Below are positions 1-13,600 of a stretch of 64,000 bases of DNA, piece after piece (position 1 is the first letter of the stretch; each line of letters begins with the position of its first letter). Location of the stretch: positions 62,001 through 126,000 of the forward strand of contig MEDY01000006.1 in assembly GCA_001724265.1 (NCBI GenBank), written 5' to 3'. The position numbers were made by a program, and so were the translations under genes. The DNA is from Rhizaria sp. SCN 62-66. Lineage: Eukaryota. Under the pieces are notes generated by a model that saw nothing but the letters and a program-made list of their open reading frames with translations, was not told the origin of the DNA and made no database searches.

Positions 1-3000
1 GCTGACGCCATGGACATGAGTTCTCTGGTAGTACTGGTTATCAGGAAGCATGGGGTTGTTCGCATTGCTAGGTGTGGTGTTATTACTGCTGCCGTTAAGC
101 ATAGCATGCCGCGCTACACCGCCGTGCCAGCCGCCGCCAGTGATATCCAATAGGAACTCCGTCGTGTTGGTACGGACCGAGACGTTGTTGCTCTGCCCCT
201 GTGGTGGCGCAAAAGGTGAGTCACCGACGGACCGGTTTGCAGGACTGTGGCCATTTTTAGGGGTGGCTGAGAGTGTGGTCGATCCGCGGACCCCGGGACT
301 CGTCCCGGGCACGGTGACAATAAGAGGCGCCGGCGCACGAACAACGCCAGCACCTGCAGAGCCAACAGGAGCCTTTGCGCTTGATTCATGAATGATTGGG
401 AGCTTTGGACTCCCGCCAACACCGGGACGAGCGTTAGCAGCAGCACTGTTGTTACCGTCGCCGGACGAATGGCGCTGCTGACTCAAAGTCATAGCAGGCG
501 GAGTTGTGGGGGAAAAGGGATTGACCTGACACTTGATCACAGCACGGTGATAATGTGTCGCTTTTCCGCATACACCCGTGCCCTGCTTGAGAAGACTGAC
601 TTTCGGCATCGGCGGCGAAGGCGTGAACATCCCGTCCTCTTGATCGTCGAAGTCATCCCCATTATTAATCACTGCACTCGAAGCAGGAAGTGGAACGACA
701 TCAGGAACCGAAGTTAACTTGTGCTCCTCATCATCGTCGATATCATCCTCACAATCGACGTTGACATCATCGTCATCATCAGTGACGCAGTCACTGTCAC
801 ATTCATGCTCTTCGTCGCATTGCTCACCCTCATGTTCACCTTCGATAACAGCCCCAAGCCCAGCAGCAGCAACAACAACGTCGTTAGTTAAGTCAATTGT
901 GCCATCAACCCCAGGCTGAGTACCTAGCGCACCTGCACTTGCGGAGTCACTGTCGGCCATAGGTGCAGACGCTGCTGTAGGAGGAGCAGTATGTGAACCG
1001 TGATGCCCGCTAACCGCGCTACCTCCAACGGCAGCGCCGTGACTGGTACTGTCGTTGATCTGCGGCGACGTGTGATTGCTCGCGATGCTCTCAAGTGTCA
1101 GTGCTTGACGCAGCTTCGTCTTAGCGCGCAACCGCGCGCGCTGCATCTTGGCCTCCTCTTTGGCACCGCTAGGTCGGCGGAAACAGCAGTAGAACCGTCT
1201 CACCGGCGCACAAGCGCCTTCACCCTCCGCGCTGGCTACAGTCGTCGTCGTTGTCGTCGTCGTTGTCGACAGGGGCGACTGGGCCTCAAGTGGTGACGGC
1301 ACATAAGGAGTGAACGTAATTTCTTCCTCGCCCTCGTTGATAACAGTAGTTCCAATGTTGCGTGAGGCTGTGTTGGCAAGTGGTTTGCGTTTGTACGCGT
1401 AGGCTTCGCCCCATAGCTCTTTCTTGTTGTCCTCTTCAACAACAGTCACCGCAACGCTCCCAAACTGCCTCTGCTGCACATATTGCAGCGGCGTGCGTTG
1501 CACAGAGCGGTTCGCAGCAGAGGTGGATGAAGCGACCGTGGCGCTGATCGACGGCGTATACACTGCAACCGTGAGCTCAGCATCCGCAGGCGTGATGGTT
1601 GAGTGTGGAGGAGGCACCAGCAACGCGCTCTGCCGCCTCGATGCGGACCCACTCGGAACGCCCACGCGGCCGCGCGCAGCGACTGCACCGGCTGGCGGTG
1701 GGAAAATAAGATGCGCGTGCGATTGAGAGCGCAAATAAGACGTCGACTGCAAGAGCTCCCGGGCGGCAATGAATGACACTGAGCCGGGTAGCGTTGGCTG
1801 ATTACTACTTGCGGCAGACACTGCCTCTGAACTGGTTTGTTGTTGTGCTCGGTTAACACTGTTTTGAGCGATACCAGGAACTTGAAGAGTAAGAGAAGCA
1901 ATACTACCACCACGTTCACGGCCGATATCATGACCACTATTGCCGTATGTCAGCAAGTTGTCATCGACAGTGCGTGTCGCGTCGCCGGAGATAGAGTAAG
2001 CACTCTGCTTGGCCTTGTCCTGGTTCTCATTCACTCCTTCGATAGGGTTGCTCTTGGTATGACTGAGTGCATTAGCCTTGATTCTATCCTCGTCGTCATC
2101 AACTGCGCCTGGGGCGCTGACGTCCCGGACGTGCACACCTCCGGTGACAACAAGGCCTGACCGACGCGGCTGCTGCTGCGAAAGCGACTCAAACGCGAGC
2201 TGCTGCGACGGGTTTTGCACGAGAGAAATTGAATTCAATGATGTACTTGGTGGATGTTGCATCGCAACAGCATGCGCAGGTGTTGAAGTGGCCATACGTG
2301 CGTTCACAGGCGACCGCACGTGCACAACAGGAGCCTCGCCCTCACGGCACACAATCAACGGCCCCAGTCCTGCGTTGCGAAGCCACGGCATGTGCGAGTG
2401 AAACGAGTGCAGGAGTTCACGCTCACGGCGGCGTTGTGAGCGCGATCGCGAGAGAGAGCGGGCCGCACCAGCGCTTGGACTCGCAGTGACAACTGTCACA
2501 GGCAGGTTACCCTCTCTGGCGTTGCTTCTAGCAACACTGTCGCTGGCACTAGGCAGCGTTCGAATGTTAGCAGCTCCGTCACTAGCGCTGTTGACTCGCA
2601 AGTTTTGGCCATCACCGGTGTCGTCGCTATCGTCGCTGTCGTCGCTGTGGTCGGGAAGGTAAAAGTCGTACGGCATGTACCGGCGCGCCTCTGCTTTGCT
2701 CCCGTCAAGAAGACCCATCGCGATGTAGCACGCAGCAACGAACGAGCTGCAGAAATACCCCTGCTCAATCCGCGCCTCAGCAAGAATCGGCTCTAGTGGT
2801 GGCAGAGGGGGAAAACGCCTCGGTCGCTGAGAGCGTGTGTGCTGTTGGACAGGCAGGGCGACCGTATGAGAGTGGGAGAGCAGCTGAGTATGTGACTGCG
2901 GGGCTGCGCCATTGTGTTGTTGATACTGCTGTGTATAGCTGTACTGATCAAGCACTGGTGCGGATTGAGAAGGCGCCAGTACATTGCTTGTTGTCATCGC

Positions 3001-6000
3001 CATTGCAGCCTTCTGGTCCTTGCGCTTGCAAGCACCCTTGGCTTTGCCTTTATCCTTAGTCTTAGCGTTGTTATCAGTCTGGACAAGAGTCTTGTTATTT
3101 GTCGGCGGTGCCGTTGTCTTTGTTGCAAGAGTCGTGGTAGCAGCGGCAGGATTTTTCGCGAATCCAGACAGCGTTAGCGCCAAAGATCCCTGGGAAGGCG
3201 CCACTTGCTCCATCCTCGGCTGGACTGGAGCTGCGCTAAAGCCAGGGCGCTGTGCCGAAGAGACTGTCAGCGCAGTCGCTTCTACCGCTGTGTGCAGCGA
3301 CGGCCACAGCAGACCCACTGTCGCAGCAGCTGCAACCGCATCGACGTCCTCGTTGATGCTCACCGTCACGCCTTTACGAGGACCGGTGCTGAGACTGCCG
3401 CGCCGCACAGGGCTTGTGTCAGGCGCGGCGCCAGCGTTGGCGTTCGTGTGGTGAGTGCGTGCGGTGTTGAAGTGTGAGGACATCGGGGATCGACCGATGA
3501 TCCCGTAAACGTGACTGGGAATCGCGGATGTTGCAGCACCAGTGCTGATGGTACCAGTGGCTGCGGATGCGCCCACAGTATTCGCCGCCTTGCTATGATT
3601 AGAGTGGGCCTGAGTCTGCGCGGGCGGGGCGAGCAGCACCCGCGCAGCGCGACGGCATCTCCGGAACACCCTACCGATGTCCATCTCACGAACCGCGAGC
3701 GCCAGAGACTTGCGGCTCGCAGCCATCGCAGCCGTTGCAGTGGCCGCGGCGGCGTCGCCGAGCGTCAGCGAGGACGTGATGAGTCGCAGACGGCTACCAA
3801 AGGCCGCGGTGACTGGTAACCCTGCAGGAGGAAGCAGAAGCAAGGCAGACGCAGCAGCCACAACTGGAGTAGTCTGGCTTGTGATGTGACCATCCCCAAA
3901 GCTGAGAGGACTGCGGCGCATGTGCGACAGCCCTGGTGACGGCGCAGTCGGCTTTAGGCTTCCGCTAATCATAGAACTGCTGCCGTGCGGCGCGTACGCG
4001 TCCGTGATGCCACGGGTGAACGCATCAAGGATGGTGAAGACAGCAACAGTCACCTTAGTCTTGCAATCAACAACAGCGCGCGCGAGCTTAGCATTTGCAG
4101 CCTCGGCGGCCTTCGCAGCAGCTGCAGTCGTCGGCGTCGTGTTTGTGCTTGAGACAGAAGCAGCTACAGGCTTAGGAGGAGTGCTGTAGTAGTTTCGAAC
4201 GTTGAAGTTGTTGTCAGCCTCAGAGTCCAGTTCAAACGCAGGCCCTCCTGGTGAGTTTCGCGGTTTTCCAGGTGGAATCTGCGGAGACATACGTGGGCCA
4301 AAGGCCGGCGTACTGCCGGGCGTCCTCACGACACCGCAATAACTGCCAGCGTTAGTAGCATTGCTATCAGGGACAGCGCCAAGCGTGGCAACTACAGTCC
4401 TCACAAGCGCCATCACGTGGCCAAACGTGACATTCTTCACGCCGCTGACCGTGCCCGCCGCGGTCAACTCGCCAAGAAGCCTGCGCAAAGAATGTGGGTC
4501 CGTGACAGCCTCCAGTGCTGCAGCAACAGCGCCCGCACCCAAAGTCGCTCCGTTCCAGGCGTCGACAGCCGCGGTTGCGGCAAGCGGTGAGACTGCAGTG
4601 AAGGCAGCGTCGATCGACGTGAACAGAGCTTCAAGCACGCGGGTGGAGCCACCTGCCTCTTTGACCGAGGCAGAAAGACGGGGCGCGCGAACGGGCACCG
4701 TGGACGGCAGCGTTCCGTATGGAATAGCTGCCCACAAGCGCAACTGTTGCGTCTGCGACTGTGCGCCGCAGAGTGATTGTGAGCCCGAGTCTTTAGGAAG
4801 TGTCCCGGAGCTTACACAAGAAGGACATGTCGGCGAGCCGCAAGGGGACTGCGAGCTGCAGGGCGACTGTGGGGAGCCGGAAGCGCTCCCACTTGCGCGC
4901 GCACTCGTGTTCGCGGAAACCGCAGAAGATCCAGTATGTGTCGAGGTCGCCATGATTGTAGGCATGATCGCGAGGCGGAGCTGGCTCCACTGGTTGGCGC
5001 TCCCGGAACCACCACACGCACTCGTACTCGGCGGTGACATGCCGGCACTGTCAGGCACTGACATTGCCGATGACGCGTTTGAACCACGGCGAGGGGCACC
5101 GCCAGGTGAAGCAGTGCTGACGCTACTACAGGAGCAAACACCGAACTTCTTGCTACTGAGAACAGACATCAACGCGAGTGTTGCAGCATTCACCTCTGCA
5201 GTAGCGGCCGCCGCTGTGACGGCAGCAGCCGCGGCCGCTGCAGCCGCCTTTGCGGCACTGGCACCAGCGGCGGCTGCGCGAGCTGCGTCGTTGGTCCCGG
5301 AAACGGAACCTAGCTTGGCAGCATTCGCGTTGCTAGCGGGCGCTGCAACTGCAGGCAAAACCAGGGGATGCAATACAGGCAGCACACGGCCCGTGATATG
5401 ACACAGCTGAACTGAGGGGACGCGTTGCAGTGCGACAGCAATTGCAGCAGCACTCATCCCAACGCCACCAGAACTTGAACTCGTCGCGGCGTTAGCACTG
5501 ATCGAGTTTGCGTTGGTTGAAGTTAGACTGCGCGTTGATGGAACGGTAAACGGGACGGGGGACTCAAAGAAGAGGTTCTGAGATAGTAACGCGAGTTGGC
5601 GGCTGCGTCGCTGGCGACGACGACTACGGCGCGGAGGCGAGCTACGCGGCAGCAGGCCCTGGGCTGGCGACGCTTGCGAGAGAGACAGCGACTGGGATGG
5701 TGACGCACCAGGAGACTGACGCACTGAAATCTTTGGCTGAAGCTGTTGCTGCAACGGTTGAGCCTGCTGTTGTTGCTGTTGGCTCTGGGGATACGGCGGG
5801 GGCAGACGGCTGTTCGCAGCAGATCCACCCCGTGCAACAATCGGGCTGAACTGAGTGCTGGAACGATTCGGGGCATGACTTAGGACATTGTTCGTGTTGG
5901 GATGACGCTGCTGCATCGCACTCGCATCACTCTCAGTGACGTTTGCACTCGCAACCCTGCTTCCAGCAGCGCTGTCGCTGATGCTTGGACTGGCACTCGC

Positions 6001-9000
6001 ACTCGTAGATTCCCCATCGCTATTGTCTTGATGGCTGAGACGGCTCTTGTTTTTGGCTGCAGGAGGCGTGAGAAACGAGGTGGCCTTCTTGCTGATGTCG
6101 TTGTTCGCGTTGGTTTGACTATAACTGTAGTGAGTGCTGCTCTTATCGTCGTCGTCAGCATCGTTGTCGTCGCGCTGACTGTTGTTACGACTACTGAAAC
6201 TGTTCAAGTTGCTGCCATTGTTCTTATTGCTTGGACTGTTGTAAACAAGCCTGTTCCCCGGTTTGCTGCTGCGGCGAGCATCGGCCTCATCGTCGTTGTC
6301 CGCCTCGTCCGCGCCGTCGTCATCAGCGTCATTATTGTAGCCGGTGGCAAGCGCAGTCTCATCGTCATCATCGTAGTCGTAAATACCGTCGTAGTTTTTA
6401 TCGTCTTCATAGTCATCGTCGCCAAAGTCATCGTCATCATCGTCGTATTCGGACTCTGTGGCAAGATCGATGTTGTCCAAATCTGACCCCCAACCAACTT
6501 CGTCAGAAGCCACAGCGTTGGCGCCTGCGTTAGCACTCGTAACAGCGCCAGTGTGCATGCCAGAGCCCGGAGCAAGAGATGTAGAGGCATGATGCGCATT
6601 TGCTGTGCTTGTAAGTGACTGTGATGCAAGACCGGTGGAGTGACCACCGAAGCATAGCTCAACCCCAGTACCGCTAACAGTGCTTGCAGGGGTGCCTTGT
6701 GTGTTGCTGTTTGCAATAGGAACAAGCGAGATGACGCTAGGACGAGAAAGAGCACCTGCATTACTGACTGCCGTACCGTTGTAACTGTTCAGCGGCGTAG
6801 TATCACTGAAACTGTGGTTTGCACTTTTATTAGCGGTCAGAGTCACGGATGCAGCAGTGCGCGTGCAGTCACAGCCATCACGGCCGCACTCGCAACCGGG
6901 CACTTTCGGCGTTTGTTGCTTCTGCTCTTGCTGCCGGCGCAAGCGCTTCTTTGCATCCGCCTTTGAGAGTGCGTGCGCCGCAGCGGCGAGCAGCGGCGGG
7001 GGCAGCGACGCGGGAACCCAAACGACCTGTGAGTGCACTGCAGCAGCAGCAGCCGCTGCAGCAGCTGCTGAAGTCGTCGTCGACGCGGTAGTGGGCGCAG
7101 TCGGCGTGGAGTTGTTGCCGCTGTTGGAGTTGACAGTGGTCACGACACTGTCGCTCACACTGCTAGGGACGTGCGATGGCGGCACCAGCGCAATGTGAGA
7201 GCCTGCAGGAGGAAACGACTGCGAGCTGCTGGTGCCGACACACAGGCCGCCGGGAGTTGCGTCACCGTCACCCGTGCAAACGGGCACTGGGGCCTGGTGA
7301 TAGTGCGGGATGCCGGCGAGTGCGAGGGGACACGGAAAACGTGGCGGGGGCGGCGAGTGGCCGTGAGCAGTGTGATCACTCAGGCTATCACCGAGATTAA
7401 ACGCGTGGTTGTTGTTGAGATAAGGACATAAGAAGACCTTAGGTGGTGCCACAAGCAGAACTGACTGCGCAGCTCCCGCTGCGTTGGCGCCGGACGACAA
7501 CGCAGCCGCTGCGGCAGCGGTGGCGTCCGATTCAGAGTGTGTCATGCGGCCCGGGCCGTGGCCGGGACCGTGGGCGTGGCTGGAACCGTGAAGATGTGGA
7601 TGGCTGTTGTGGGACGACGTGTGGGGGTGGCTGTGCGCTTGCTGGTGTGGCAGCGTCTGCGGGTGCTGCAGCAAAGCCCATGCAGCAACAAAGAGCAGAA
7701 GCCTCCGCATCAACTCGTGGCGCTGCGACACGACAGCAGCGTTGGCGGTCGCAGATGCAGCCGCCACCGCGTTGGCAGCAGCAATACTGCCAGACGTTGC
7801 AGCTGACGTTGTTGTTGCAGGGGCGGATGCATCAGAGTCAGACTGCGAAATATCAAGCGCAGACCGCACTCCGCCAGTGTAAAACACGCCATTGTTGTTA
7901 TTGATGTTGACCGGGCTCCCGTGTGTACTGTTCGCGAGGGTTTTGGCCAGGGAGTGCGGCAGCGCGACCAATGCCTCGATGGCTCTATACGCTGCCGAGA
8001 TGACGGCTGGAAATGCAGTCACCATCGCCGCAGCAGGCGGCAACGGAGGCAACGGGTACGCCTTGACGCCAGCACCGTCCCCAGCAGTAGCGGCAGTCGA
8101 GTGGAGCACGGGGCCGTTGGCTTGAGCAGAAGACGTGGACGGCGGGCTGATGAGCGTCGGGCCCGGTGGCAGACCTGCGCCGTGGGCGTACCCTGCGCTT
8201 GAGCTCGCGGACGTGAACGAGCCGACCGCGGACGCAGCGTCGGAGCCAGAGACGAAGACCGAGTTTGCGTCGCGACGGGAACGCTGGAAGCCCACTGCCG
8301 CGGACCCGTTGGCGCCAGTGGGAGCAATGATGGGAGCAACCGTGTTGTTAGTGCCCGCACGCACCGGGAAATCACTGTTCGCGCCACCGCTAGTCAGAGC
8401 CGCACTAGGCATCAAGCCATTGCTGGAATTAGCCTTGTTGTTCGAGTCCGTGTTGTTGTTCCTGTTGTTTGTGTTATTGTTGATGGTGTACGCTGAGCCG
8501 ATATCGGAGAACGGAGTGAACAACGAATGTGCGCCTGGGTCCGCCATCGTGCCTGCCTCCGGACAGTCGCCGGCGGTCGCAGACGAGTGGGCGCGGATGT
8601 CAGCAGCAGTCTCCGCGCCGCGGGCGTTGGCGCCCGCGTCCTCGCCAGCGTCGCCGACAGAGTCCATCATCGTCACGCCAAACTAGAAGTCGCCAACAGC
8701 CGTGCTGCCCCAGGTGGCGCGGCGATTCGCCCGTGCCAGTGCCTCCGCGTGGCCCGGCTGCTGCGGCGCCTGCTTCTGCTGTTGTTGTGAGAGCCCCTGC
8801 TGCTGCCCGCCCAGCTCCGAGGGGTTCGCACGACCATTAGTCTTGCCCAGCAGGCTGCCCGCGCTCATCGCTGTCTGCAGCGGGTAAACTGGCGCCGCAG
8901 CCGGTGCAACCGTGGCGTCAGAGACCGGTAAGTGAAACGGAGACCCGGTGTCAGCAAACGTTGCCAGAACGGGTCCGCCCGTAGACCGTGCGTAGCCCAC

Positions 9001-10167
9001 AGCAACATTGCTGCCACCGGCGCCCGCACCAGAAGCCACAGCGGCGGAGTCACCAGTGGTGGTGCCAGCAGCAAGGCCACGAGCGAGAGCGGCGTCACTC
9101 GCGCTCGCAGTGTTGAGCTTACTGTTCGTGCTAGTGGTGATTGCGCCTCCGGTGCGCACAGTGCCGCTCTTAAGAGCGCCGTTTGCAGACTGGCTCGTGT
9201 TAACAGCGGAATGGTGTGACGCCAGCGTCGCCAGCGTGGCAGAAGTCGAACCAGTGGCAGGTCTCGCCTCAGCAGTCGCGGTCGCAGTCGTCGTGGTTGT
9301 GACGGGGGAAGCAAGAAGAGCTTCAGCCGGGTTGACAGTCGTTATTTGCTGCGTCTGAGCCAACGAATGGTCATGAGCATTGACTGTGACTGTGCCGCTT
9401 GCGGCGGCGACAACTACAGCGTTCCTGTTATTGGTGCCGTTATTGATTATGCTGTTGTGATTCGTTTGGCTCAGAAGGCCCTAGTGCGCAGTCACCGCCG
9501 TCCGAACAACCGCGCGCGTGTCTTGCAATGAGAGAAAGCGCATAGTGAGCGGCGTGTATGGCGTCTCATCACCGCTGCAGACATAGCGCATCCACCACTT
9601 GAGAGGGATAACGTACTTCTTCCCCTTCGCGATGTCGAGAAACGCGTTAAATCGGTTAATCACCGTCGTGGCGTTATGGTGTGGGTACAACAGGCGACGG
9701 AACGCAACGCGAACAAGAATAGGGTCGTTGATCCGGTCATTGAGGTCCCAGCACATAATGCCAGAGGAAGTGCACTCGAGAGTGCAGTAGCCACGGGCAG
9801 ATTCGAGGACTAGCCCAACGTGGTCCCAGGGAAAAGATGTAAAGCAGCGGGTGACGCATCCGCCGGTAGACTTAGTACTGAAGAGAATAAGATCGCCGGT
9901 GGCCTGCGGTAAGGATCCGCGGGCGTGAACAGGGGCAGAGTGCGAGTGACAGCGAAACAAAGCAAGGAGTGGAGTGGTGAGTAGTCGGTATGAATTTGCG
10001 GGTTATGACATGTGTGTAAGCGCATAAAAGCGCATCAAATAAGTGCGACTGCAAGTCATCTAGCGTAATCGTGTGCATATTCGGAGATACGTCAGGTTTG
10101 TATAGAGAAAATGACGTACCAGGTCATTTGGTGCAACTCGCAACCGCCCGGCCTCAGGAGCGCTCAT
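1..10167 (-). CDS. Giant permuted papain-like amidase (circularly permuted NlpC/P60, YiiX/peptidase C92-like) protein, 3'-partial; exons 10120-10167 and <1-9903; at least 3317 codons; two in-frame TAG (9481-9483, 8683-8685)
   Basis: ATG at 10167 gives MSAPEAGRLRVAPNDL; a GTACGT...CAG intron (9904-10119, phase 0) joins it to ATGDLILF...WDHVGLV...LECTSSGI...VAFRRL...GKKY. The same frame contains GYFCSSFVAACYIAMGLL...YMPYDF at about 2660-2760. The frame below 8682 appears open to base 1: spot-checked by hand, and the ORF track lists no ORF ending in this frame there. Confidence 0.8.
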
Positions 10168-10602
10168 GAGGTTTCGCTCGGCACCAGATATGAGAGGAAA
10201 AAAGAGACTTCGAGAAAAATTAAAATCAAATAATATAATAAATGAGCGGTTCTATCTTTGCAATCTATTGGGAATGGCAACAACGACCAGCGTGAGGCGA
10301 TATCTGAGAGCCAAGATGGGCTTTGGTCGAGGCCGAGATACTACCCTCCCGCCAAAAAGCACGCCTTTCATATGACCGAGATAGGATGCATTTTACGCAA
10401 TAGCATCATGTAATCAACAAATATGCAGATAGAAATTGCGTATCCAACAAATTAAATTGTGTATTAATCTGTAAACGCACTATATATCTTGATAGAAAAC
10501 AGTTACCCTTGCGATATCTACAGTCAAAGTTCAAATGCACAAAATATCTTCTTCTCTATGGAGGAGGCAGTTTCGCAGACTGGCACAGCGCGGTATTTCT
10601 CG

Positions 10603-13600
10603 TTATGAGTGGAGCTTAGCGACAAGTGTGTCCCTATACCACTCCAACAGCTTCACATCCACTGCAGCCAGCGCCGCCATCGCGTCTAGGGCCGAATCAC
10701 GGGCCTTGTGAAGCGTCACCGCCATGGCTTCAGGGGGCAGCACCACCACCTTCCTGCTGCCTCCTCCTGCGCCTTGACTGGCGGCCCCACTCATGGCAGC
10801 AGCTGAGCCGGCATTTGAGCCATTATTCATAACAACGGTGGTGGTATTATTATTGTTTAATGCTCCTGTGCTACTATTACTCGCGCTACCTGTGGGAACA
10901 TTCAAACTAGTCGAAAAACCAGTGTCTAGACTTGTGTTTGTGGTGAGCGCGCCCGTTGCGGCAGCAACGGCTGCGGGCGCGGCAACGCCTGCTGCTGCTG
11001 CAGCAGCTGCGAGAGCCTCTCCTGCCATAATCACAGCATGTACGGCAACTGATGCGCTATTAGCAGTACTCGCACCATTGGCACAGACAAGAGCACTTGA
11101 GGCGTTGGGAGTTGATCCAGCTGTCGGGCATGACTGGGGTGTTGCTGGAAAACTCGAGCTGCCCGGACCGCTGTTTGTGCGCGCAAGTCCACTGCTAGTG
11201 GAGCAAAGCATAGTCGCGTCGATGCCGACGGCGGTGGCAGTTTGCTGCAGCTCCTGCGCTTGCCACTCCGTCTGCAGCTTGTGAGACTGCGAGTGCAGCA
11301 GCGACTGTGAGCCGAAAGGGTGGAACGAGACGCTGCCGCCGCCACCGAGCCCCCCGCCAATGCCGCCGCCCGCAATGCGGTACGGAGAGCCGCACCAAGC
11401 CAATGCCTCTGTGATGAGCTCACGGCCACTGATGTTGCCAACGTCAGCAGAGGCGCCTTGGTCCTCGTCGTCAGAACTCTCATCACCCGCATCAGTGTTC
11501 GAACCACCAGTGGCGCTGGCAGAGGCAGTGTTGATTGTGCTTGTGTTGACCAATGTTGATGATGACATGAGCGCTGCTGCAGGTGCAATAAGCGGGTTTT
11601 CGATCGAAAGCCACGTCAAAACGTCGTCCACTGGCTGTTGCACCGAGGGGCGAGTCCAGATGTACTCATCGTAGTGTACGACACTACCATACCCATAATT
11701 GAACCCATCAGCAGCACCGGAAACACTCCCAGTGCCAGCACCAGAGCCGTGGGCGCCACTGCTACTGCCGGAGCCAGCGTGACGGCTGCTTTTGCCAGTG
11801 GCCGTGGCGGTGCTGGTAATAGATGAGTTAGTGGGACGGTCCTTGACAGCGCGACTCGACTTCGGCCCATCGGTGCGGCCTAACTTTCCGTCCTGACGGC
11901 TTAACTTCGAGCTCTTCGACTTGCCCCCAGTGGGAGTCACGCTGCCTGCTGGCGCGGCGGTCGAGGTGAGAGCCGGTGAACCTGGGCGCAACAGCGAGAG
12001 AGACGTGGTGCTCGAGAAGGAGCCACGGGGACTCGCCCTAGCACCGCCTGTGTTGGCGCCAGTCGTGGCACTGGCGCTCGCAGAATCGGTGGTCGCGCCT
12101 GCAGAAGATGTCTTGGTCGCTGTGTTGTCATCGTTGTTATTGGCGGTGTGGAGATCTAAACCAGGGCTTGTACGGCCTGTGACAAGTGCATGCTGAGGGG
12201 GGGCAGTACCCGCACTCGCACCAGCGCTGCCACCAGCGGCAGCAACAGCAGCGGCGGCAGCGGCTGCAACGGCTGCGTTATGTTGCTTCGACGCAATGTG
12301 GGGCAACAACATGTCAAACTTGACGCTCTTGCCCGCAGCCACTGCGGACGCAATGGTGTACGACTGTGCCTTAAGCTGCAACAGATACTCAACGTGCCTG
12401 TGGAAACGAGAGAAAAAAGAAGGAAGGATGTTGAGATATCAATTAGCAAAGCACGTAATGATGAATGTAAACTCGTGAATAAGCAAAAAATTTGAGAATG
12501 AGTTTGCAATATGTTCCGTACCTTGCGAGGAGCTCCGGCGCGCGCAGCTGCGAGCGACTGTCTTTGAGACTGCGCACCGTCGTCGCCTGCTTCGAAATGA
12601 GCCGCAGCAACTCGTCCTCGTCGCGCGCCGACACTAGCGCGGCCGGAGCTGGGATATAAGGTACAAACTGGTCGCCGGTGAAAACGAGTTGCGGTGTCGC
12701 GGCGGCACTTGTCGCCGGCCCTGTAAGTGCAGTTGCAGATGCCGCTGTGGTTGGTTCAGTTGTGACAAGCGACTGAGACGCCGATGTTGATGAAGCTGCA
12801 GAATTCGTTGCCGCTTTGTTTGACGCGGCATCAGCTCCAGCGCCGCCTGTAGCAGGACTGGGTCGCAACAGCGACGGCGGCAGCGACTGTGAGCTCAGCA
12901 GACTTGGAGCGTGGGACGATCTGTCAGTCGCAGTGTCGCGGCCGGCGCCGCGGTGAGCGTCGCTGGTACTAGGTGCCGCCACTGCTGAAACATTTGTCAA
13001 ATCTCCCGTGGTCACATTGCTGTTGACAGTTGTCGCAGTTTTCGTTGCACCGGAAGAGCCCGCTGCAGCAACGGTCTTGGTCGCGCTAGTGGGCGACGGC
13101 AGCGGATGCAGCAAGGGCGGTGCGAACGCAGTCGACGGAAACACAGGAGTGCCGATGAGCAAAAAGATACTATCGACTGCGGCAGCAGCAGCGGCACCCG
13201 CAGAAACCGCTGCCGAAGACAGCGTTGCACCTCCGCTTGCATCATCACTCGTCTCAATTACAGCGCCGTCGGACAACGCAGGTGAGAGGTTTGTGTTTGT
13301 ACCGGCAGCACTACTGGTATTGCAAGTACACATGGTATCTGATTGAGTGAGAGTGCGTTTGTTTTGCTGCTTCTTGACTGGAATCGGCGACGGGATCACC
13401 GTGATCACGTTCATGTACCCCACGTAGACGACGCAGGGGTAGCTCAGCCCCGGCGCCAGCGACAGCACGCCGGCCGTCGCGGCGCGCACGCGCTCGGGGT
13501 ACGGCAGACGCAGAGCAATGGGCGGCGTGGGCGGTGACCACGACGCTGCAGCGACGCCGGTCACCCACTCTGAGGCAACCTCCTGCGTGACGGAAGTCAG

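Noticed and set aside
50-9358. Dozens of short ORFs in the track
   Set aside because: Alternative-frame or antisense shadows of the single minus-strand frame, which the track omits because it has no stop within the window.
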